From Nitrospirales bacterium (GTDB lineage Bacteria; Nitrospirota; Nitrospiria; Nitrospirales; UBA8639): a stretch of 64,000 nucleotides of DNA. The stretch is taken from NCBI GenBank assembly GCA_963555755.3, contig OY820905.2, positions 3,680,001-3,744,000 of the forward strand. Direction: 5' to 3'. The translations under genes and the position numbers were made by a program. The notes under the pieces were generated by a model. The model was not told the DNA's origin and searched no databases. It was given only the letters and a program-made list of their open reading frames with translations. How positions within the stretch are numbered: position 1 is the first letter of the stretch; each line of letters starts with the position of its first letter. This document shows, one piece after another, positions 41,810 to 51,932 of this stretch.

Positions 41810-41952
41810 GTTATAGTCCAGCGCAAGGCGAAGCTCCTCTTCTCACCACCTCACGCCTCCCCGTTCACGAAGGTCAGGGGAATTTTCTACTTTTCCAAAA
41901 AAAATCCGCGCGAGCAAGTAGACCCAAGATTGTCTACCATTCCTCCACTGAA

Positions 41953-42115
41953 CCTAGAAACAGCAGTTGGGCGCAAAAAAGACGTGTAAGATATTGGTGT
42001 GCATCGTGAAAGAGAAAAAGTCGTGGTCACCTTTGTGGTGATGAGACATTTTTCTCTTTTGCGAGGTGCGCCAAGAGCTTGCGCGGACTTTTGTGATCCA
42101 ACTGCTGTTTCTAGG
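41953..42115. mobile_element. MITE family G, empty (163 bp)
   Basis: TIR CCTAGAAACAGCAGTTGG, flanks CTGAA/TTGAA. Confidence 0.88.
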
Positions 42116-42282
42116 TTGAAGACAGATTCGATTCCATCCACAGCTCGAGACGATCCCTAATATCGGATAGCCTCCTAGCACATGCAACTCGGTTCCAATG
42201 TATGGTTGGACCATTTGTTGTAATATGGAGGGTGTTGACCTTTGAAGCCCTTCCCATGCGATTGAGAATCAGGCAAGGCTTA

Positions 42283-42439
42283 GGGTTCGCGCAAGAATAA
42301 CTTCCCCTATTTGGGCGTCGATCCATCCCGTCTGGCGGCGTTGCTCGTCCTTTCCATACGAGGAGTATGCGCAGTCCTCGCGCCTTGCCAGACAGGTGTC
42401 TCAGCACCCAAATAGGGGAAGTTATTCTTGCGCGAACCC
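42283..42439. mobile_element. MITE family A
   Basis: TTA TSD; excision restores the frame RFFKPCLILN. Confidence 0.92.
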
Positions 42440-42851
42440 TTAAAGAATCTCAAGGCGGCCTGCGCGATTGCTGTACCTGCTTCATTTGTATGACCGATGG
42501 CAGTCAACACTTCCTGAATGCTTTGAAACTTTCGATTAGAGAGTGCGGTGGCAATCGGGTCACGGGCCAAAAATGCTGATAAGACTCTCCGAATCGCGGC
42601 CAATTTAATAAATCGATACAGATCAAGGACGGAAGTCGGATCGGGTGTGGCAACGGTGAGGTGACCATTCGCAAATAAAAAGAAATCCAAGGTATGAAAA
42701 TGGGTGCCGGCCCCGACATCGACCAAGACGATATCCCCTTCCAATTTCCCTATGTGATTGAGGAGCCGTTTTTTTTCTGGTGGGGAAGGTTTGACGTGAG
42801 GAGGGTTTCTCCAGTACCCGAACTGAGGGACAAATTCGGGTGAAGGGATAA

Positions 42852-42992
42852 GGGCACCTCTAAAAACCGTCCTTTTCTGTGATGGCGGCGTCAGCCGCGT
42901 GCTCACATCCTCATGTATTCGCCCATACACTCCGGTTTTCCGCGCGTGGCTTCCTTGCCCTCACAAAAAATGCCTGGTTTTTAAAGGCGCCC
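42852..42992. mobile_element. MITE family B
   Basis: TSD ATAA. Confidence 0.9.
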
Positions 42993-43436
42993 ATAAGGGT
43001 TGAACCATACCTTGCAGGGTTTTGATTTTTCGATCGAGAAAGTCCGTGAGGGTTACTGTGGGGTGAAAGTGTCCGAATAGCACATGGAGATTAGCTCCCC
43101 CTGTGTCTCAATCAACTAGGGTGGTCCGAAATCCGCGTTTGACCAGCATAAGCCCTAGATTGCTAGCCACCATGTTTTTTCCGGCTCCCACTTTTCCGGA
43201 GGCTACCGATAGGAGTGTGGGCATCGATGTGTTGGGTGGACCTATTGATAAAAACGTCAAATGTGTGGTTGTAGTTCTGGGTGCAAGTATCAACGAGAAC
43301 CAAATAGTTCGGTAAACAGTTTCTGGAGTATCTCGATGAGGCAGGGCTATTTCATATTAGAGTGTAACTTCATAAATAATAAGGAATAATCGATTTAGGC
43401 TGGCTTTTTCTTTTCGTTTGAGGCATACTCTTTTTC

Positions 43437-45465
43437 ATGCCAGACGAATCCCCAAGCGGACAGCCGGACATCGATCTGGGGCAAGTGGTGGTTCGCCCAA
43501 TTGTCCGGGACGAGAAGGACACCTTCAAGACCCTGCTCGACAGACATCACTACCTCGGGTCTGCCCCGCTGATTGGCCCATCGATCCAATACCTCGCCTG
43601 TGTGCAGGATCGCTGGCTGGCCTTGCTGGTGTTTGCGGCGGCGGCCCTCAAATCGAAACCGCGCGACCACTGGATCGGCTGGCCCCCCTGTTTTCACTGG
43701 CAACGCCTCCATTTACTAGCCAACAACACCCGGTTTCTCATCCTGCCGGGCTGTTCGCAAAAGAACCTTGCCTCGAAAGTCCTGTCGCTCTGCACGAAAC
43801 GGATCACGGCTGATTGGCAAATGTGCCACGGCTACCCCGTGCTCCTCTTAGAAACCTTCGTCGATCCTGCCCGCTTCACCGGGACCTGCTATCGAGCCGC
43901 CGGGTGGCAGGAGCTCGGGCTGACCCGAGGGTTTCGCAAGGCCAATACGCGGTATGTTCCGCATGACCGCCCCAAACGAATTCTGGTCAGAAGTCTGCAT
44001 CCCCAAGCCCGAGCGATCCTGGCCCGCCCGATGTTGGAGCCGCTCTATCAGAAAGGAGAGGTACCTCAGATGCGATTGAATGCCAAGCAGACGAACTCCC
44101 TGTTTACCTATGTGGTGCAATTGACCGATCCACGCAATTTGCAAGGGCAACGACACACCCGACGCGCCCTCACCGCGATCATGTTCTGTGCCACCTTGTG
44201 CGGCGCCGATGGCTATGAAGCGATCTCGGACTGGGCCCAGCAGTTATCTCAGACGATGCGCAAGCGGCTGGGATGCACCAAACGAGGGGGCCGCTACCTC
44301 GTCCCGAGCCGCAGCACACTCTACCGATTTATCTCGGCCGTCGACCCCTGGGAAGTCGACACCCTGCTCGGCCGGTGGCTGGACACCTTTGGGGGGGAGG
44401 ATCAGGGCATCGCCATTGATGGCAAGACCATGCGGGGGACTTCGAAGGTCCCGAGCGAACAGACCCATGTCCTCAGCGCCGTCACCCATGACGAGGGGCG
44501 CCACCTCACCCCAAAAAAGTCGACACCAAGACCAATGAGATCCCCTGCGTGCGTCCCTTATTAGATGAGCTGGAGATCGAAGGGAAGGTCATCACGGCGG
44601 ATGCGCTCCTCACCCAGAAAGAGATCGCAAATTACCTTGTGCAAGAACGCGGGGCCGACTTCGTCTTCACCGTCAAGGGGAACCAGCCGACCTTGAAGCA
44701 CGACATTGAGGCCTTGGATTTGACCGCACAACGATGTGATGATGAGACGACCGATAAGGGCCATGGGCGAATCACGATCCGCAGGATCTGGTGCGACGAC
44801 TCCCTGAATGCCTCTGTCACCTTTCCCCATGTGCAGCAAGTCTTCTGCATTGAGAGGGAAGTCGCGCATCTCAAGAAGGGCATCACGACGGTAGATACCG
44901 TATGCGGAGTCACAAGTCAGTCACCAGCGAAGGCCTCGCCGAAGAAAATCCTCTCGCAAAACCGGAAGCATTGGAGTGTGGAGAATAAGCAGCATTATGT
45001 GTTGGATGTCACCTTTGATGAAGACCGGAGTCAGATCCGACGGCTCAATGGCCCGATGGTCATGACCTGTCTGCGACGCTTGCCCTGAATGCCTCTGTCA
45101 CCTTTCCCCATGTGCAGCAAGTCTTCTGCATTGAGAGGGAAGTCGCGCATCTCAAGAAGGGCATCACGACGGTAGATACCGTATGCGGAGTCACAAGTCA
45201 GTCACCAGCGAAGGCCTCGCCGAAGAAAATCCTCTCGCAAAACCGGAAGCATTGGAGTGTGGAGAATAAGCAGCATTATGTGTTGGATGTCACCTTTGAT
45301 GAAGACCGGAGTCAGATCCGACGGCTCAATGGCCCGATGGTCATGACCTGTCTGCGACGCTATGCCATCAGTCTCTTACGCGTGAAAGGCCAAACCAATA
45401 TCGCGCAGGCGTTTCGATGGCTCTGGGCCAAGCCCCATGTAGCCATCCGCATGGCTCTGCCCTGA
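43437..45465 (+). pseudogene. DUF4338-fused ISAs1 transposase (A6G -1 frameshift; C-terminus disrupted by a duplication)
   Basis: HHYLG, NNTRFLILP, LETFVD; DPR, IAIDGKT, TNEIP, TADAL, VKGNQP, HWSVEN. Confidence 0.85.
44802..45361 (+). repeat. 279-bp tandem duplication
   Basis: 44802-45080 repeated at 45083-45361. Confidence 0.9.
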
Positions 45466-45515
45466 AAAAGTGATCAAAAAAAACTCATGGAATCCCTTGC
45501 TTATAAAAAGAATGA

Positions 45516-46527
45516 TATGCCTTCCCATTTAACTAAGGTTGCTTCAGTTTATTGAATCCCAAGGGTTTTGAGCTGCTGGTCAGGATTTTCAACAAACTCT
45601 GGAAGGTACTCATTGGAGTCTCACGGCGGTTATAGCGAAAGACAAACTCATCAAGATAGTGTTGCAGGTATTTTGAATCCACTCCATGGTGAATCCCGTT
45701 CAGCCAGGTCTGCAGATTGCCGAACGCTCTATGGATGTGTGGAGCGTGCTTCCCAGCACTTGCTGGGTCACCCTGGGTCCGTCTCAGGTGTTCGTATCCT
45801 GCCAAGGCTTTTGCCGAGTATCCCTTCCAACCATCGGACTTGATCTTACTGCCCTCAGCGACATGGCTATTGAGGAATGCTTTGATCTCGTTCTCTCCAG
45901 CGTCTTGAAGAATCGCTAATCGTAAACGCCCTGCTTTCTCTCGAAAGTGATCCCCTTGTGTGTACGTGACAATTTCTACGGCTCCGGCTATTAACGTCTT
46001 GGTTTTCGCTTTCGCGACGCCACGGCCCGTTTTGCCTTTTACCGGTCCACCGATATGGGTTTCATCGGCTTCAACTGTTCCTGCGAGCCGTTCACGGTTC
46101 TGTCGTACCATTCCTCGTCGCAATCTGTGGAGCAAATACCAGGCGCTATCCACCTTCTTGATACTGAGTTGACGCTGCAATTGCACAGCACTGATGCCAG
46201 GTGTGTGCGTGGAGACGAAATAGGCAGCCCAAAACCAAAGCCGTAGCGGCAAGTGCGATCTATGCATCACTGTGCCGCTTAGCGGTGATGTCTGTCTATG
46301 ACACGACGAACACTCAAACCGGAAATATTTTTTGAGCCACCAACCACCGCGATGACCGCAAGCTGGACACATAAACCCGTCTGGCCACCGAATCGCCCGC
46401 AAGTACTCGAAGCACGCTTCTTCGGTGTGGAACCTAACAGAAAAATCCAAGATATCAGCAGCATACCCTGTGTCCATAGTCCAGCAGACTAGTCTAGGGA
46501 CTAACCTTAGTCAAATGGGAAGGCATA
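45516..46527 (-). mobile_element. IS1595-family element
   Basis: 25-bp TIR TATGCCTTCCCATTT(A/G)ACTAAGGTT; TSD AAGAATGA/ACGAATGA. Confidence 0.9.
45533..46477 (-). CDS. IS1595 transposase, apparently intact
   Basis: RWPDGFMCPACG, VEADET, SDGWKGY, HLQ-like YLDEFVFRYNRR. Confidence 0.92.
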   Translation of the reverse strand: MDTGYAADILDFSVRFHTEEACFEYLRAIRWPDGFMCPACGHRGGWWLKKYFRFECSSCHRQTSPLSGTVMHRSHLPLRLWFWAAYFVSTHTPGISAVQLQRQLSIKKVDSAWYLLHRLRRGMVRQNRERLAGTVEADETHIGGPVKGKTGRGVAKAKTKTLIAGAVEIVTYTQGDHFREKAGRLRLAILQDAGENEIKAFLNSHVAEGSKIKSDGWKGYSAKALAGYEHLRRTQGDPASAGKHAPHIHRAFGNLQTWLNGIHHGVDSKYLQHYLDEFVFRYNRRETPMSTFQSLLKILTSSSKPLGFNKLKQP

Positions 46528-46605
46528 ACGAATGAAATGGCCCTGCTCGATGAGGCGAAACACTTGCCTTTGGATGGGGGAAATGGTACTGTTCGACTTC
46601 TAGGA

Positions 46606-46630
46606 AGTGGGCGAGAGCCCACTTTTTTTT
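46606..46630 (+). promoter_or_regulatory. rimP leader hairpin
   Basis: AGTGGGC-GAGA-GCCCACT plus T-run upstream of rimP. Confidence 0.65.
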
Positions 46631-46671
46631 GCTTTGTCGCCCCACCGCGGCTCCATTCGTTAGGTCTAGGA

Positions 46672-47151
46672 TTGGATACCAAATATTTGGGGAAACAGGT
46701 TCAGCTCATGGCTGAGCCCATTGCACGGGCTCTGGACCTTGACTTGCTTGAAATCACTTGTCAAGGCAAGGGAGCTGGTTCGGTCGTTCGAATCACCCTT
46801 GATAAGAATGGAGGCGTGGGCATTCGAGACTGTGAGCAATTTCATCAGTCCCTGCGCCGAGCAATTGAGGTGGCTGACCCCGCGCCTTTTGCCTATAGGC
46901 TAGAGGTTTCATCCCCAGGTGTTGATCGCCTACTAAAGAATCTTAAGGATTACCAGCGGGTGGTGGGAAAAGTCCTCCAAGTGAAGATTCAGGACCCGGA
47001 TGGTGGGCAACAACAGGTGATCGGGCGGTTATCGACTCTCACGGAAACAGGTGTCACATTGTCGGTGCGAACGGGTAAGCAGCAAAAAACACATGAAGTT
47101 GAACTCCTTTGGGATTCCATCACAGAGGCCAAACAACTGGTGGAGTTTTAG
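46672..47151 (+). CDS. rimP: Ribosome maturation factor RimP
   Basis: DCEQF, YRLEVSSPGVDR; upstream of nusA; start uncertain. Confidence 0.93.
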   Translation: MDTKYLGKQVQLMAEPIARALDLDLLEITCQGKGAGSVVRITLDKNGGVGIRDCEQFHQSLRRAIEVADPAPFAYRLEVSSPGVDRLLKNLKDYQRVVGKVLQVKIQDPDGGQQQVIGRLSTLTETGVTLSVRTGKQQKTHEVELLWDSITEAKQLVEF

Positions 47152-47196
47152 CGTGCGCATATTAGGGGTTCGTTAGAGAGACAGGGCTGTGAGTAA

Positions 47197-47354
47197 GGGT
47201 TCGTGCTAGAATAACTTCCCCTGTTTGAGTGCTGAGACGCCTGTCTGGCAAGGTGCGAGGACTGCGCATACTCCTCGTATGGAAAGGACGAGCAACGCCG
47301 CCAGACGGGATGGATCGACGCCCAAAACATGGGAAGTTATTCTTGCGCGAGCCC
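47197..47354. mobile_element. MITE family A
   Basis: Homologous to the other A copies; lies between rimP and nusA. Confidence 0.88.
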
Positions 47355-47371
47355 GAAGAAGGGGAATCGTT

Positions 47372-48622
47372 ATGAAGCATGAAATTATGGCCGTGATTGA
47401 GCAGGTTGGCCGTGAAAAAGGAATTGATAAGGAGCGAGTCCTGGCTGCCGTTGAATCTGCCCTTCTGACCGCAGCAAAAAAGCGATATGGAAGTAACGAA
47501 AATATACAAGTGCAAATTGACCATGAAACCGGGGAAATCTCGATAGTGTCGTTGAAAACGATTTCGGACCCCGTGACCGATGTCAAATCTCAAATTTCCC
47601 TGGAAGAAGCCCGGGAAATTGATTCGGAAGCGGAGGTAGGGGATGAAATCGGGTCTCTTTTGGAAATGGCAGAATTTGGGCGTATTGCGGCCCAGGCTGC
47701 CAAACAGGTGATCTGCCAGAAAGTCAGAGAAGCCGAATGGGAAGCTGTTGAACGAGAATATTCGAAAAAGGAAGGCGATCTGGTCCATGGGGTAATCCTG
47801 GGGCAGGAGCGTCGAAACTATTTGGTTGAAATTGGCAAAACGGAAGCCCTTCTCCCCATCAATGAACAAATTCCTCGTGAGGCCCATCGACGAGGAGATC
47901 GCGTGCGTGCCATGCTCTTGGAAGTTCGACGGACGCCTAAAGATGTCCAAGTGATCTTGACGCGAGCGCATCCGCAATTTGTGGTCAAGCTATTCCATTT
48001 GGAAGTGCCAGAAGTCATGGAAAAAATTGTGGAAATTAAGGGTGTGGTTCGTGAGCCTGGCGATCGGACCAAGATTGCCGTGTCTTCACGAGATAAGGCA
48101 GTTGATCCGGTGGGTGCCTGTGTTGGGATCAAAGGATCCCGGGTCCAAGCGATAGTCCGTGAGCTTAAAGGGGAAAAAATCGATATCATTCCTTGGACCA
48201 CCGATCCACGTGTGTTCATTGGCGAAGCCTTGAACCCTGCCTCTATTGAAAAAGTTGGGATTGACGAACAGAAAAAAGCGGCGCTGGTTGTTGTCGCGGA
48301 CTCCCAGCTTTCATTGGCCATTGGGAAAAACGGACAAAATGTTCGCCTTGCCGCGAAACTCACTGGGTGGAAAATTGATATTATTAGTGGCAGTGAATAT
48401 GAAAAGGAAAAGGTTGAACGGGAAAAGGAGATCAAGGCGGCTTTGGCTGAAGAAGCTGAAGCTCTGCGAGAGCAAGCCGGAGGAGAAAACTCAACTCCTT
48501 CAGAGGAGCCTGATTCTCCAGTAGAACCCGAAGTGGCTCAGGTTACGGCCGAAGCTTCGGAGGCGGTCTCGACTCCAGATTCCATTGAGGAAACTGGAGA
48601 ATCGAAGGAAACCTTATCCTAA
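47372..48622 (+). CDS. nusA: Transcription elongation factor NusA
   Basis: FGRIAAQAAKQVI, REPGDRTK, DPVGACVG, LSLAIGKNGQNVRLA. Confidence 0.97.
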   Translation: MKHEIMAVIEQVGREKGIDKERVLAAVESALLTAAKKRYGSNENIQVQIDHETGEISIVSLKTISDPVTDVKSQISLEEAREIDSEAEVGDEIGSLLEMAEFGRIAAQAAKQVICQKVREAEWEAVEREYSKKEGDLVHGVILGQERRNYLVEIGKTEALLPINEQIPREAHRRGDRVRAMLLEVRRTPKDVQVILTRAHPQFVVKLFHLEVPEVMEKIVEIKGVVREPGDRTKIAVSSRDKAVDPVGACVGIKGSRVQAIVRELKGEKIDIIPWTTDPRVFIGEALNPASIEKVGIDEQKKAALVVVADSQLSLAIGKNGQNVRLAAKLTGWKIDIISGSEYEKEKVEREKEIKAALAEEAEALREQAGGENSTPSEEPDSPVEPEVAQVTAEASEAVSTPDSIEETGESKETLS

Positions 48623-48636
48623 AGATCGTGGGTGCT

Positions 48637-51144
48637 ATGAGAGTTTATGAATTAGCCAAAGAATTGGGAATGGAAAGTAAGGTTCTGATTCCGGAGCTCG
48701 GTCGGCTCGAGATCACGGTATCTTCCCATAGTAATACTTTGACGGAAGATGATGTCCAGAAAGCCTTAGCGGCATTCGGTAAAACGCAAGTGAGCAGTCC
48801 TATTACCGCAAAGGGAAAGTCCGGAAGTGGGACCAAACTTCTGAAAAAGTCTGCTCGTACAGGAAAAGGACGTGAGGCGACGGTGGAACCAGAGCCTCCT
48901 CCCAAACCTGAGAAAAAGCATATTCTTATTAAACGGAAGCGCGAGGAAGTCGAAGCGCCTCCTCCGGAAATTGAAACTCTCGAAGGTATCACTCAGGAAA
49001 GTCTGCCACCTGTTGTGGGGACTGAAACGGACAAGGACATTCCGCTCTCTCCTGAAGTGGCCGCGGTCGCAGAAGCTTTACAATCGCCCTATCCAACTCC
49101 AGAGGAAGCTCTAGCAGAATTCAAAGATACGGTGGCTCCTCCTTCAGGGGAGGGCATGGCTCCCCTGAAACAAGAAGAGCCCGAAAAAGAGCAGGTCGCC
49201 TCGGAGGAAAAGCCCAAGAAGACCAAAAAAACAGGAAAACATCGTGATGAGGCCCTGTTTGCGCAAAAGTATGAAGATGCGGCTCGGTGGCAAGACCTTC
49301 GTCCTCTCCCCACCCTGAGGCGGGAAGAACGAACACGCCATATCCCGTCTGCCACGTCTACCGAGGTCACCAAGCCACGGAGAAAAACGGTGAAGTTGAA
49401 TTCCGGTCTGACCGTGAAGGAATTTGCCGAACACCTTGGCCAGCGATCCGGGGACATCATGAAAAGGTTGATGGAGATGGGCGTGATGTTGACGATCAAC
49501 CAACCCATGGATCTTGATGCCGGCTTGTTGATTGCTGAAGGCTTGGGTATTCAAGTCGAAGTGGCGGTGGAGAAAGAAGGTGAGGCCCTTCTTGAAGAAG
49601 CCCTTGAATCAACTGAGGACATGGAACTTGTGGGGCGTCCTCCGGTGGTCACCATTATGGGGCATGTTGATCATGGGAAAACGTCCCTCTTGGATGCGAT
49701 CCGGCAGACCAACGTAGCCGCCCAAGAGTCCGGGGGCATCACTCAGCATATTGGCGCCTACACGGTTTCGGTGGGTGAGAAGCAGGTCACGTTTCTTGAT
49801 ACTCCTGGGCATGAAGCGTTTACGGCTATGAGGGCACGAGGGGCTCAGGCCACGGATATTGTCGTGTTGGTGGTGGCTGCGGATGACGGGGTGATGCCGC
49901 AAACGGTGGAAGCCGCTCATCACGCTCAAGCTGCCAATGTTCCGATCATTGTGGCCATCAATAAAATAGACAAACCGGGAGCCAATCCCGACCGAGCCAA
50001 GCAGGGTCTGTCTGATCATGGACTCATTCCCGAAGCGTGGGGCGGGCAGACGATCTTTGTTGACGTGTCAGCCAAAGAAAAGCAGGGCCTCGACACGCTA
50101 CTCGAGATGATTCTGTTGCAAGCCGAGGTCATGGAATTGAAGGCTGATATTGCCCAACTGCCGAAGGGTATCGTGCTTGAGTCCAAATTAGATCGAGGGC
50201 GTGGCCCCGTCGCGACGGTGTTGATCCAGAGTGGCATCTTGAAAGTTGGGGTTCCCTATGTCGTGGGTACGACCAGTGGCCGGGTTCGGGCGATGTTGTC
50301 CCATGACGGGAAAAAAATGAAGGAAGCCAGGCCTTCCACGCCAGTGGAAGTCATCGGGTTGCTAGGATTACCCGCAGCCGGCGATAAGTTTGTGGTGGTG
50401 AAGGATGAACGAATGGCCCGTGAAGTGGCCGAAGACCGGCTCCATAAGCAGCGGACAGCCGAGCTTGGGACAGGTGTGACCCGAATGACCTTGGATGATT
50501 TGTATGTGCAAGGGAAGGATTTGGATAAAAAAGAGCTATCCATCTTGTTGAAAGCTGATACGAATGGTTCGGTGTGTGCGTTGCGTGAAGCCGTGCTGAA
50601 AATTCAATCTGACTTAGTGAATCTTCAGGTGATTCATAACGGAGTCGGGACCATCACAGAATCTGATGTCCTTTTAGCTTCGGCTTCAAAAGCCGTTGTC
50701 ATCGGGTTTCATGTGAGGCCTGAACCGAAAGTGTCTGCTTTGGCTGAACGTGAAGGGGTGGAGATCCGGTTGCATACCGTCATCTACAATGCGATCGCTG
50801 ATGTTCGGGCCGCTGCTGAAGGCATGCTTGAACCAACCCTTGTGGAACGTGTGTTGGGTCGGGCTGAAGTGCGGGAGGTGTTTACTATTCCCAAAATCGG
50901 AACCATCGCCGGGTGCTATGTGAATGACGGACACATCGCTCGTTCGAGTGAAGGGGTTCGGGTCCTTCGAGATCAGGTCACGATCTATGAAGGCAAGTTG
51001 GGGTCTCTGCGTCGATTTAAAGACGATGTGCGGGATGTGCAGCAGGGGTATGAGTGCGGAATCGGGGTCGAAAACTTTAATGATATCAAATTAGGCGATA
51101 TCATTGAGGCCTATGTGTTCGACAAAGAAACCGCGAAGTTGTAA
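48637..51144 (+). CDS. infB: Translation initiation factor IF-2
   Basis: MRVYELAKEL, GHVDHGKT, DTPGHEAF, NKID. Confidence 0.98.
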   Translation: MRVYELAKELGMESKVLIPELGRLEITVSSHSNTLTEDDVQKALAAFGKTQVSSPITAKGKSGSGTKLLKKSARTGKGREATVEPEPPPKPEKKHILIKRKREEVEAPPPEIETLEGITQESLPPVVGTETDKDIPLSPEVAAVAEALQSPYPTPEEALAEFKDTVAPPSGEGMAPLKQEEPEKEQVASEEKPKKTKKTGKHRDEALFAQKYEDAARWQDLRPLPTLRREERTRHIPSATSTEVTKPRRKTVKLNSGLTVKEFAEHLGQRSGDIMKRLMEMGVMLTINQPMDLDAGLLIAEGLGIQVEVAVEKEGEALLEEALESTEDMELVGRPPVVTIMGHVDHGKTSLLDAIRQTNVAAQESGGITQHIGAYTVSVGEKQVTFLDTPGHEAFTAMRARGAQATDIVVLVVAADDGVMPQTVEAAHHAQAANVPIIVAINKIDKPGANPDRAKQGLSDHGLIPEAWGGQTIFVDVSAKEKQGLDTLLEMILLQAEVMELKADIAQLPKGIVLESKLDRGRGPVATVLIQSGILKVGVPYVVGTTSGRVRAMLSHDGKKMKEARPSTPVEVIGLLGLPAAGDKFVVVKDERMAREVAEDRLHKQRTAELGTGVTRMTLDDLYVQGKDLDKKELSILLKADTNGSVCALREAVLKIQSDLVNLQVIHNGVGTITESDVLLASASKAVVIGFHVRPEPKVSALAEREGVEIRLHTVIYNAIADVRAAAEGMLEPTLVERVLGRAEVREVFTIPKIGTIAGCYVNDGHIARSSEGVRVLRDQVTIYEGKLGSLRRFKDDVRDVQQGYECGIGVENFNDIKLGDIIEAYVFDKETAKL

Positions 51145-51180
51145 CTTGCTTGGCATTCTGCCAAGCCCGTATCAGCGCAT

Positions 51181-51462
51181 ATGATTGTCGGAGTGTGTCA
51201 GGTTCGCTTACACTTGCCGGATGGTCATTCACTCAAGGCCAAGCGTCAAGTCCTCTCGAGCTTTAAAACGCGATTATGTCAAGCTTTCAATGTTTCTGTC
51301 GCCGAGGTTGGCGATCACGATCTTTGGCAGCAAGCGACATTGGGGATTGCCTGTGTGGCGAATGAAACACGCCATGTCAATGCGGTATTGGATCAGGTCC
51401 TGAATGTCATTCGATCCAACCCTCACCTGGAGTTATTGGAGTCGCACATCGAACTGTTGTAG
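51181..51462 (+). CDS. DUF503 (YlxP) protein
   Basis: SLKAKRQV, FNVSVAEV, DLWQ; infB-rbfA synteny. Confidence 0.9.
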   Translation: MIVGVCQVRLHLPDGHSLKAKRQVLSSFKTRLCQAFNVSVAEVGDHDLWQQATLGIACVANETRHVNAVLDQVLNVIRSNPHLELLESHIELL

Positions 51463-51749
51463 GGAATGTTGAAAAAGGGCGTCAGCCATCGCCAAGGCTA
51501 CGGCAGACAAGCCAGCAGCGTTCTCGGCCCTTGGTTGTGCTCACGTACTCACCCGTACGCTCAGGGCGCCAAGCCTACTCCGCCGAAGTGGCTACGAAGG
51601 CCGGGAGCACCTGCGGCCTTGCTGAGCGCACCTCCCGCCTCCGCGAGGGCATGCTTTTTGAACATCCCCTGCTGCCCTTGGTGTGTGATAATAATGATGA
51701 GGCGCAGGTGAACGGCATGAGGAAAATATTTCAATTCATCAACAGGCTC
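51462..51749. mobile_element. MITE family C with three REP-like insertions
   Basis: 5-bp TSD TTGTA; homologous to 2276-2655. Confidence 0.85.
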
Positions 51750-51760
51750 TTGTAAGTAAT

Positions 51761-51901
51761 GGGCACCTCTACCAACCAGGCATTTTTTGTGAGGGCAAGG
51801 AAGCCGCGCGCGGAAAACCGGAGTGTATGGGCGAATACATGAGGATTTGGGCACGCGACTGACGCCGCCATCACGGAAAAGGACGGTTTTTAGAGGTGCC
51901 C
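51761..51901. mobile_element. MITE family B
   Basis: 141 bp, TIRs. Confidence 0.88.
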
Positions 51902-51932
51902 TCTAATGATTATGCAAGTGGATCCGGTTGTT

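Larger units (their letters stand above)
42120..43224 (-). pseudogene. FleN/FlhG-like MinD-family ATPase pseudogene
   Basis: SVASGKVGAGK, VD*DTGGANLH, DVGAG, PDPTS; nonsense codon, frameshifts, MITE A and B insertions. Confidence 0.8.
43342..46545 (+). mobile_element. ISAs1-family element with a nested IS1595
   Basis: TIR CAGGGCTATTTCAT / ATGAAATGGCCCTG; 10-bp TSD CTCGATGAGG. Confidence 0.92.

Noticed and set aside
43437..44070. Druantia anti-phage system
   Set aside because: The DUF4338 domain lies inside ISAs1 TIRs fused to the transposase, and there is no DruE helicase or other dru gene.
45081..45464. GCCCTG at 45087 or 45464 as the ISAs1 right end
   Set aside because: The true end is 46545, supported by a longer TIR match and the 10-bp TSD.
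47225..47371. N-terminal extensions of nusA (also pnp, tsaE, yceD, folD, rnc, rimP, pilC) in the ORF track
   Set aside because: The extensions run through MITEs, IS ends or leaders; better starts with an RBS or family-typical N-termini lie downstream.
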